A stretch of 64,000 nt of DNA from Mobula hypostoma (taxonomy: Eukaryota), in contig NC_086117.1 of assembly GCF_963921235.1 (NCBI RefSeq), positions 16,616,001-16,680,000 of the forward strand. The letters run 5' to 3'. Positions 23,177-34,214 of the stretch are shown here, one piece after another. The notes under the pieces are model-generated. The model searched no databases and had not been told where the DNA came from. It saw nothing but the letters and a program-made list of their open reading frames with translations. Position numbers and translations under genes: made by a program. Within the stretch, counting starts at the first letter, position 1. Every line of letters begins with the position of its first letter.

Positions 23177-26100
23177 AATTAAAGGTTCATGGTACTGTAT
23201 CTTTAAGGGAGTTATCCTTCATTTGGCCAACAGTTCTCCCTTGAAAACAGATTTGGTACATTTGGAAACAATATGCAGCATACTCATTAAATATTTGAGG
23301 TAAATGAAGAGTTTATATGCACTGCAGATTAGATGACAGAAACATTTAGAGAAAGCCAATTTACATGCAACTTAATATATTTAATTTTACTTTGTATAAC
23401 TTGAAATTAACAGAAAGAAAAGTAATATGAGGTGCTGAATGGAAGGCTTATTGTCTGTGCTTCCAAAGTTGGACCCCATGGCTCAGGCATTCACTCTTTT
23501 ACTGTTTGTACATTCTTGCTCTGCAAAAATCAGCCTTGGAATTTACCTCGTTTGAATTAGAAATTAATACTAGTGTTTTAGCCTAATATGGTGCTAAATA
23601 AATGCAAGGTTTTATATAGAGTATTCTAATATCTGTAATAATAAAATATTAAATATAGTCAATAAATTATTCTCCCCCATCTTTTTTGGATATCGACGGA
23701 TGGGATGGAGAGAGGAGGATAAACACTTTAATCATCTCAGTTGTTAACAGAGCAGCAGCAACATGCAGTAATACATATCAAACACCAAGGTAAAAGATGA
23801 GTTTACATATAAAGCGACAGTCATGGTGTTATATGATTTTCAGTGAAGATCACATTAACTGACAATTATTTTATGTAGTAATTTACAACATTAAATACTT
23901 TGAGACCTAGGTTTTCATATAGTTGACATGGAGGACTTACATGTTCTGATCCTGCATATGTTATAAGATAGTGACTTGTTCACTGTACTTCAGTAGCAAC
24001 AGATAAATGGACAATAAAGCTGCACAAAAGACGTGATAAAGCAGAAATTTCTTTGTAATTAATAATTGTAATTTTGTGACCAAAGATAAAAACATTTTAA
24101 AAATCTCAAGGACAATTTTTTTTTATTGTGATTTTGCTTGGGAACCATTCTGGTTAGTGTAAGATTTGTTTTTCCTTTCACTATCCCTTTAAGTTCAGTT
24201 TTTGTGCACAATTTTCCTTATGGAGCACTGTCCCAATATGACTTTTTCCATGTAAATTTGTACAACATCATTTTGTTTTCGTACCAACAGAAGTGATTAG
24301 ACAATTCTGACTTTTGAATATTTGATTGCTAACAAAATTGTCATTAGAGAAACCTAAGGCTCTTAGAATCTGAGACAGAAGGTGAAGGAAGAAGAGCACC
24401 ATTAAGGCATGTGTAAGTAATCACTTTAGTATTTGAAAAAAAATCTGTGGTGCAAATAAAAACACACTAATTACAACAATTTAGAATATGAATAAGTTTG
24501 CAATTTATTCCTAACAATTTATTTAGATAAAAATGCCAGATTTTACTATTCTGACAGGAGGTAAATTTAAAAAGATAGATTTATTATTGAGATATCTCAT
24601 GATATCCCACTGAGATGCTGCAGCTTTAAAATACAGCAGTTAAGACAAATTAACATTTCTGGTTACATTTTAAAGAGAAACAAAATGAAATGTAGTTTTC
24701 AACAAAGACTGTGAATAAAGCTTATTTCACAGCATTGGATAATACTTTCTACTGCTTTGATTAAATGTGTAAGCAAACCAATGGAATTATAGTCACTTAG
24801 ACATTTAATAATTCAAACAGTCAAAATAATGAACCTGAGAAAAGTGTTGCTACTAGATTGAGACATATTTACCCTTGAGGGTACAGAAGTGAAGACTGAA
24901 CATCAAATACAATTTTAAAAAATGAAATTTTACACAGCATCCAACTTGTGCGTGAGGCCAGTTCCATTAAAAGCTTACTGCAATAACTACTTTGACTTTG
25001 TTGAGTAAATGATCATTCCAACACAAACAGTTCTTTGAATATTAACAGATTAGAAGCTTACCACATCCATTTTCTTGGGTGAATGTAAGACAGGGACAAA
25101 AATGGCTTTGAACAATGCCCCTTTTCCCCTATGTTAAATTAGTGATGGGGGCCAGGACATTTCATGTCTCTAATATCACTTTCGAGATCTCCCGTATCAG
25201 GCATGTCTTATTGCATAATGTAACATTTGGTCCAACTCCAACCACGCACAGTAGAACACCATCACCATGACAGTTTCCCAGCCCATATTTCTCTTTGTGA
25301 TACTGCCAAATGGTACCCAACTAAAAGTGGTTTGGTGTACCATGAGTGTAACACCACACAAAAATAGCCAAAGTGCGAATATATTGTAGCCCTTTTTATT
25401 TCATTCGTCTGGACTGGACTTGGGTATCAATATTAACAAGACTGCATGGACTCTTTCCATATCTGCCCCAACACCCATGAACTCTGCTACACTCACTCAC
25501 CACATGACATTTGAAATTCTGTGCGCAATCAATGGTTGAAGTGCCAACCAGCATTTTAAGCATGATAGACTGGCAAATAAAAGCAACTGTCTGTAATAGA
25601 ATCATCAGAAAATACTGAAAGCAATCAAAAGTGAGAATGAGATCTATGGGACTCTACCCAAACTGTTAAACTATCTTTCTCTCAGGGGCCAACTGCTTTA
25701 ATACATATTCTTTGTTCCCCACATACTGCTTGCTTCCACTCTCATCTCACTACCAGTTGCTGTTGTTTCATTACTGCCTAACCAATCTTTCTCACCTTTA
25801 TTTTTCCATTTATTGTGGGATGTTGGTGTCATATGAATAGCAAGAGAAAAGAGGAAAATAAAACATTAAGCACCAGTCAGATGCTAAAGCACAAGATATA
25901 CAGAGCAGTTAGTTCCACACACTTAAAACACAGAGGATGTCTTAGGAGATGAGTGGTAAAGAAGTTACAGTTTTAGCCTTGGGTTAAGCAATGAAACTGG
26001 GAATAAATTAGGCATTAGGAGCAACACTCACTGACAACAGTGCAGCATGCAAGTTCATTACCAACAGACCAAGTCGAAAAGGATAATTAACTAAAGTACA

Positions 26101-26399
26101 AATATTGAAGGTATAGTATACAGTAGTGAAGGATATATTTAAAAACATTAAAATATTTAATCCACAATATTTTAAGTGATTTTCCCCATTCTCTCCATGT
26201 GGAATTTGGAAAGTTTTTAATAAGCTCCCATATGGCAGCCTGATCAAACACAAAAACTTAGAGGAGCAACAAACAGAAAGCAGTGAATTGAATCCAAAAT
26301 TACCAGAATGCAAGAGCAATGACTGATGTGTATTTCTGTGAGTGAAGGCTGTTACCCATGAAATTTCACTTGGCCCCTTGCCTTCTGTAATATATATTA

Positions 26400-27190
26400 A
26401 TAGTTCAAATTTAACTGCAGGGGAAAAGACAGCGTCTACGGATGATACAAAAATAGGCCATGTTGTTGAATATGGATAGCCTTAAAGAGTGCAGAAAGAT
26501 ATAGTTGGTCTGTCAGTTGTGCGGAAAATTAGCAATTTTTATCTAGGGGAATGTGAGCTAATGCATTTGCAGACAATGGGAAGGTATTGGGACTGTGGAG
26601 AAACAAAGTCACTGATCAAAAGATAGGAGGACAGGTCAATAATATGTTTTAAAAAGGTTTACTGGATGTTTTCTCTTATTAGCTGAGACCACAGGAACCC
26701 CTGGTTTAGCAGAACTACATATAACACTATTTAAACCACATCTTGTGTAGTACATATAGTTCTGGTCACCACGTTGGAGGAAAGACTTGCTGGAGAAAGT
26801 GCAGAGAAAGTTTGAGGATGTTGCCAGAACTGTAAAATTTGAGCTGTGATGAATGCTTATATAATGGAAGCAGCTGAGGTATATGAAAATCTGTGAGACT
26901 TCAGTAACTAGGAAGGACCCATTTCCCATGGCATAGGGGTTAAAATGGGAAGCAATAACGTCAAAGTAGGAAAGACACAGGATTTTCTTTTCACCAAGCT
27001 ATTAGAGGGAGACCTGGAACTTTCTGTGTGGAAGTGTGATTGAGGCTGAAAACCTCATCACATTCAAAAAGCACTTGCACATTTGTTCAATGAGCTGTGA
27101 CATAGTGCTGGAAGATAGGATTGCAGCCTTTTTGCTGGTAAAAATACAATGGGTAAACTGGTCTTTTGTGACTTAAGTGTCCAATGATCT
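26400..27190 (+). mobile_element. Old, highly decayed CR1 3' fragment
   Basis: Residual GATGATACAAAAATAGG (DDTKIG) and TTCTGGTCACCAC (FWSP) motifs; no open frame. Confidence 0.5.
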
Positions 27191-28301
27191 GAAGTGCTGG
27201 TTAGAAAGTTCTGGGCATCATAACCAAATACCAATCTTCACCAATAATAGGTTACTTAACCAAGGCCCGTAAATTTCCAACTAGACTTCAAACAAGAGGA
27301 AGATTTCTAAACCCTTTAACTGATTTTCTACGTTTCTTGCCAAAAACACTAATTCATTTAACCCAACACCAACCTGGAAGCATGTGATACCATATACTGC
27401 ATTTAACTCTCTGAGTTAAATGTCAATTGAGTTATGGTAACTTCTCCCCCCAAACCAAGTAGAGAAACATTTCTCACGTTATCTTCAATCCTACAAGTCG
27501 AATTATCTTTAATATTGTATCTGTCATGGGAAATAGTTTTTCATCAGATTAGGATCTTTTATTTTGAATGAAAGATGTGACTTGAAAACTATAATAAACC
27601 GAAACGTTAACTCTCCAGTTTTTTTTAAAACCATCTTAATAAAAAAAACTATACAAATGGTACCCAAAACTCAATCCTCAATCTTCTCATAATAATGCCT
27701 AGCTCTGAAAAACGTGTGCATGTGAAACATTCCCCTTCTCTTCTAAATGTTTTGACAGGAAATTAGTGTCGTGTTTTCAATCAGACTGAAAGATAATGGC
27801 AGAAAGTTAATGAAAACCTGGAGCTCAGTTCAATCAGCTTGATGTGAAGAAAACATTTTTTTAATAAAATGACCAAGGGACTTAAAAAAAATCACCAACT
27901 ATTTCATGCAGAGGTTGTACTGCCTGCTCAGGCATATAACAGCACTGGCCCCTAATACAGTAATAGTTAATAAATAACAAAGACATTGGCAATATCAGTC
28001 CCTTGATACGTCATGGCTATAAACGTATTAGCTTTCTTGTGATTCATTAAAGCAGAAGTATTAATTAAGATAGTTAATCCAGCTATTTAAGTGTTCTCTC
28101 TTAATTACTGGCAGCTTTCTATTCCTTCTATCGCTCTGATCCCTCTGGACAGCACCAGGTCTGCCGAACAGGTAATTGGACTCATTTCCACTAGGCAAAA
28201 CCAGAGCAGCGAACCTGCTCATCATTCCGGCTGCTGCAGGCTGCAAATTCAGCTGAAAACTTGGCAAGGTAAGAGTTTTCCCTCTGCGGTAGAAATAAAA
28301 T

Positions 28302-28577
28302 TCAGGCTTGTTCCTTTTCTGCTCGGCACAGCTGCTCTTTGACGTCTGATGGGAGTGTGTTGAAGAGATCGTCCTCCACCACAAGGGCACTTCTTTTGAG
28401 TAGCCTGCACTCTCCAAGCTCCACAGGGAGGCATTCTAGTCGGTTCCCGCGAAGTTCCAGTTGCGTCAAACTGGTCAACTCTCCAACCCGTGACTGTAGT
28501 GATAGCAAGCAGTTATTCCCCAGATTTAGAGTCCGGAGTTTGCGACACTGGAAGAGTTCGGGTGGCAGGGTTTCAAT
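28302..28577 (-). CDS. LRRC8A: LRRC8A coding exon 2, residues 720-810 plus stop
   Basis: Acceptor cccattttacag|ATT GAA ACC CTG CCA CCC gives IETLPPELFQCRKLRTLNLGNN...LCRAEKEQA*. The exon is 276 nt, and the spliced total of 810 aa equals human LRRC8A length. Confidence 0.96.
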   Translation of the reverse strand: METLPPELFQCRKLRTLNLGNNCLLSLQSRVGELTSLTQLELRGNRLECLPVELGECRLLKRSALVVEDDLFNTLPSDVKEQLCRAEKEQA

Positions 28578-28893
28578 CTGTAAAATGGGAGGAGGATCAA
28601 AGGAAAAGGGAAGAAAAATTTTAGCTGCAGCAATTGTTGGACTGAGCTAGCATTTAAGAAGCACTTTCAAAATAAAGCTTTACATTCACAGAGTATTGAA
28701 AATTTATTGTTAACTCTGTAGGTTTAACATTTATTTGATGTTCGAAATTTAAACACAATTGCAACACCGGTTAATGTCACATAATGGCTTAATGTTTTAA
28801 CAACAAAAGATTAACCTTTAATCTGAAGGCAAACTTAAAAGAATTCTACAGTCATAAGGACAGATAACACTATAAAACATAGGAGTAGAATTA

Positions 28894-29083
28894 CAAACAA
28901 GAGAAAATCTGCAGATGCTGTAAATCCAAGCAACACACACTAAATGCTGGAGGAACTCAGCAGGCCAGCAGCATCTACGGAAGAGAGTACAGTCAACGTC
29001 TCCGCCCAAAACGTTGGCTGTACTCTTTTCCATAGATGCTGCCTGGCCTGCTGAGTTCCTTCAGCATTCTGTGTATGTGTTGC
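28894..29083. mobile_element. Palindromic PLE-terminus insertion with 13-14 bp TSD, inside a CR1 tail
   Basis: Arms at about 28929-28999 and 29011-29084. TSD TAGGAGTAGAATTA at 28880-28893 and 29084-29097. Confidence 0.85.
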
Positions 29084-30043
29084 TAGGAGTAGAATTAGGC
29101 CATTTGGCCCAGAGTCTGCTCTGATATTTCATCATAACTGATTTATTTCCCTTCTCAAATATATTCTTCTGCCTTTTCCCCGTAACTTTAGATGCCCTGA
29201 CTAATCTAGAACCTAACAATATCTGCTTTAAAAATACCCGATGATTTAGCTTCCACAGCCATCTGTGGCAACGAATTCCACAGATTCACCACCCTCTTGG
29301 CTGAAGAAGTTTCTCCCCATCTCTGTTCTAGAGGGACGTCCTTGTATTCTGAGGCTGTGCTCTCTGATCATAGACCCCCCCCCCACCCCACCACCACCAC
29401 AGGAAATGTCCTCTCCATGCCCACTCTATCTGGGCTTTCAAATTTGGATGTTTTCCTTGTAGCACTGGAGTCTGAGTGGTGACCTTAGAGAGGTTTATAA
29501 AATCATGAGTGGCACAGGTAAGGTGATGGTCACAGTGCTTTTCCCCAGGGTAGGGGAGTCTAAAACTAGAGGACATAGGTTGAAGCTGCGAGGGAAAGGT
29601 TTATAAGGCTCAAGCAAGGGTGGTAGATACAACAAACTAGAGCAAGCGTTGAAGGCTGGTACAATTACGTTTTAAAAAGATTTGGACAGCATCATGCATA
29701 AGAAAGGTTTAGAAGGATATGGACCAAATGCAGGCAAACACTTCGGCTTTGATCAGTAGGGATGTGTTGGGCCGAAGGGCTAGTTGCTGTGTTATAATGA
29801 CTATGAGTCACACGGCAGTAAGTGTGCCTTGAGCCCTGGAGTTTTGGGTTCAGTCCTGACCTTAGGTACATGGATTCCGAAGACGCTCTTTGTAAGTGGT
29901 AGGCTTCAATTTTCCCACCCATTCTACCTTTGCATAATTAAGTTACTGCAGATTGCCCCTACTGTAGGCAAAAGGTACCAATGGAGAGTTAATGAGTACG
30001 TGAGAAAAAGGGCTGGAGAGGGAATGAAACAGTTGAGACTGTC

Positions 30044-33000
30044 CATAGAAACCATAGAAACTACAGCACAGAAACAGGCCCTTCGGCCCTTCTTGGCTGT
30101 GCCGAACCATTTTCTGCCTAGTCCCACTGACCTGCACATGGACCATATCCCTCCATACACCTCCCATCCATGTATCTGTCCAATTTATTCTTAAATGTTA
30201 AAAAAGAACCCGCATTTACCACCTCATCTGGCAGCTCATTCCATACTCCCACCACTCTCTGTGTGAAGAAGCCCCCACTAATGTTCCCTTTAAACTTTTC
30301 CCCCCCCTCACCCTTAACCCATGTCCTCTGGTTTTTTTCTCCCCTTGCCTCAGTGGAAAAAGCCTGCTTGCATTCACTCTATCTATACCCATCATAATTT
30401 TATATACCCCTATCAAATCTCCCCTCATTCTTCTACGCTCCAGGGAATAAAGTCCTAACCTATTCAACCTTTCTCTGTAACTGAGTTTCTCAAGTCCCGG
30501 CAACATCCTTGTAAACCTTCTCTGCACTCTTTCAACCTTATTTATATCCTTCCTGTAATTTGGTGACCAAAACTGAACACGATACTCCAGATTCGGCCTC
30601 ACCAATGCCTTATACAACCTCATCATAACATTCCAGCTCTTATACTCAATACTTCGATTAATAAAGGCCAATGTACCAAAAGCTCTCTTTACGACCCTAT
30701 TTACCTGTGACGACACTTTTAGGGAATTTTGTATCTGTATTCCCAGATCCCTCTGTTCCACTGCACTCCTCAGTGCCTTACCATTAACCCTGTATGTTCT
30801 ACGTTGGTTTGTCCTTCCAACGTGCAATACCTCACACTTGTCAGTATTAAACTCCATCTGCTATTTTTCAGCCCATTTTTCCAGCTGGTCCAAGTCCCTC
30901 TGCAGGCTCTGAAAACCTTCCTCACTGTCTACTACACCTCCAATCTTTGTATCATCAGCAAACTTGCTGATCCAATTTACCACATTATCATCCAGATCAT
31001 TGATATAGATGACAAATAACAATGGACCCAGCACTGATCCCTGTGGCACACCACTAGTCACAGGCCTCCACTCAGAGAAGCAATTCTCTACCACCACTCT
31101 CTGGCTTCTTCCATCGAGACAATGTCTAATCCAATTTACCACCTCTCCATGTATACCTAGCGACTGAATTTTCCTAACTAACCTCCCAAGCGGGACCTTG
31201 TCAAAGGCCTTACTGAAGTCCATGTAGACAATATCCACTGCCTTCCCTTCATCCACTTTCCTGGTAACCTCCTCGAAAAACTCCAACAGATTGGTCAAAC
31301 ATGACCTACCACGCACAAAGCCATGTTGACTCTCCCTAATAAGCCCCTGTCTATCCAAATGCTTGTAGATTCTGTCTCTTAGTACTCCCTCCAATAATTT
31401 ACCTACTACTGACGTTAAACTCACCGGCCTATAATTTCCTGGATTACTTTTCGATCCTTTTTTAAACAACGGAACAACATGAGCCACTCTCCAATCCTCC
31501 GGTACTTCACCCGTAGACAGCGACATTTTAAATATTTCTGCCAGGGCCCCCGCAATTTCAATACTAGTCTCCTTCAAGGTCCGAGGGAACACTCTGTCAG
31601 GTCCCGGGGATTTATCCACTTTAATTTTCCTCAAGACAGCAAGCACCTCCTCCTTTTCAATCTGTACAGTTTCCATGGTCTCACTACTTGTTTTCCTCAA
31701 TTCCATAGATTTCATGCCAGCTTCCTTAGTAAATACAGACGCAAAAAACCTATTTAAGATCTCCCCCATTTCCTTTGGTTCCGCACAAAGCCGACCACTC
31801 TGATCTTCAAGAGGACCAATTTTATCCCTTACAATCCTTTTGCTCTTAATATACTTGTAAAAGCTCTTTGGATTATCCTTCACTTTGACTGCCAAGGCAA
31901 CCTCATGTCTTCTTTTAGCCCTCCTGATTTCTTTAAGTATTTTCTTGCACTTCTTATACTCCTCAAGCACCTGATTTACCCCCTGTTTCCTATACATTTC
32001 ATACAACTCCCTCTTCTTCTTTATCAGAGTTGCAATATCCCTCGAGAACCAAGGTTCCTTATTCCTATTCAATTTGCCTTTAATCCTGACAGGAACATAC
32101 AAACTCTGCACTCTCAAAATTTCCCTTTTGAAGGGTTCCCACCTACCAATCACATCTTTGCCAGAGAACAACCTGTCCCAATCCACACTTTTTAGATCCT
32201 TTCTCATTTCTTCAAATTTGGCCTTCTTCCAGTTCAGAACCCCAACCAGATCTATCCTTGTCCATGAACAAATTGAAACTAATGGTGTTATGATCACTGG
32301 AACCAAAGTGCTCCCCTACACAGACTTCTGTCACTTGCCCTAATTCGTTTCCTAACAGGAGATCCAATATTGCATCCCCTCTAGTTGGTCCCTCTATATA
32401 TTGATTTAGAAAACTTTCCTGAACACATTTTACAAACTCTAAACCATCTAGACCCCTAACAGTATGGGAGTCCCAATCAATGTATGGAAAATTAAAATCC
32501 CCTACCACCACAACTTTATGTTTCCTGCAGTTGCCTGCTATCTCTCTGCAGATTTGCTCTTCAAAGTCTCGTTGACTATTGGGTGGTCTGTAATACAATC
32601 CCACTAACGTGGCCGTACCTTTCCTGTTTCTCAGCTCCACCCATAAGGACTTAGTAGACAAGCCCTCTAATCTGTCCTGCCTGAGCACTGCTGTAATATT
32701 TTCCCTAACAAGCAATGCTACTCCCCCACCTTTCATTCCTCTGCCTCGATCACACCTGAAACATCTGAACCCCGGAATATTAAGCTGCCAGTCCTGCCCC
32801 TCCTGTAGCCAAGTTTCACTAATTGCTACAACATCATAATTCCACGTGTCAATCCACGCCCTCAACTCATCCGCCTTCCCCGCACTACTCCTAGCATTGA
32901 AATATATACACCTCAGAAGATTTTTACCACCACTCACAACCTTTCTATCAGCGGATTTGCTTAAACTTTCAACATCATTTATTTTCACCCCAGCCACACT

Positions 33001-33537
33001 GTCAGCTCTGGCACTCTGGTTCCCATCCCCCTGCAAATCTAGTTTAAAGCCTCCCCAATAGCACTAACAAATCTCCCTGAAAGGATATTGGTCCCCCTGT
33101 GGTTCAAGTGTAGCCCGTCTCTCTTGTACAGGTCCCACCTGCCCCAGAAGAGGTCCCAATGATCCTGAAATCTGAAACCCTGCCCCCTACACCAGTTCCT
33201 CAGCCACTTGTTCCTCCTCCAGAGCATCCTATTCCTACCCTCACTGGCACCTAGCACAGGTAGCAATCCTGAGATTACCACCCTTGAGGTCCTGCTTTTC
33301 AACTTTCTACCAAGCTCTCTATACTCACTGTCCAGGACCTCTTCACTCTTCCTTGCTATGTCATTGGTACCGATGTGCACCACGACATCTGGCTGGTCAC
33401 CCTCCCACTTCAGAATGTCATGCAATCGATCAGAGACATCCTTGACCCTGGCACCTGGGAGGCAACAAACCATCCTGGATTCTCTGTCACGACCACAGAA
33501 CCTTCTATCTGCACCTCTAACTATCGAGTCCCCTATC
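30044..33537 (-). mobile_element. Young CR1-clade LINE with SGNH-esterase ORF1 fragment and nearly complete ORF2, in the LRRC8A coding intron
   Basis: ORF1 33039-33539 (IGDSIVRG, HIGTND, DGLHLN). ORF2 pieces 32212-33036 (endonuclease), 30861-32306 (RT) and 30216-30857. Candidate TSD ACTGTC at 30038-30043 and 33538-33543. Confidence 0.93.
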
Positions 33538-33662
33538 ACTGTCTGCCAGAAGCTGGTAATAGACTCAATGTCACAATCTGCATAAGAACATGGAAATAAT
33601 GAACTGACTTAATCATAGCTCTGGCTACCATCTGCAGTAATCAAATCAAACATAGATCAGGG

Positions 33663-33828
33663 AAACACAGAAAATACTGCAGGAACTCAGCAGGTCAGGC
33701 TAAACGTTTCAGGCTGAGACCCTTCATCCTTTTATTATTCCCCTCCATAGGTGCTACCTAGCTTGCTGAGTTCCTCCAGCATTTCCTGTGTTGCTCTGAA
33801 TTTCCAGCATCTGCAGAATCACGTGTTT
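33663..33828. mobile_element. Palindromic PLE-terminus element (degenerate)
   Basis: GGAACTCAGCAGG...GCTGAGTTCC inverted arms, with a truncated hammerhead remnant at the turn (33703-33728). Confidence 0.7.
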
Positions 33829-34214
33829 AAAAATATACCAGGTCTGAGTGAAGCGCAGAGTAACTGTAAGGCAGAACAGCTACTGGAAGCCTGAGAGGAA
33901 ACATCCATAATGTCTTTGAGTTCTTAACGTAAACTAATGTTGCTTCAAGGCAAACAACAGCAGGCCTTAACAGTAATTGCATATTGAAACTTGAACTCAA
34001 GGTATCAGACGTCAACTCTCAATAATTAACTTTGTGTATCAATTTAATGACAGAAAATCTGTATAGCAAATATATTTATGAGACAAATATTATGAATACC
34101 CACAAAGATGTTTACACTGACTCATAGGGCAATTTGAAAAACAATGTTAATAACAGGCAGAGGAGAGCAAATGGATAAAAATGTAAAAGAGAAAAATTGA
34201 ATATGCATACTCAC

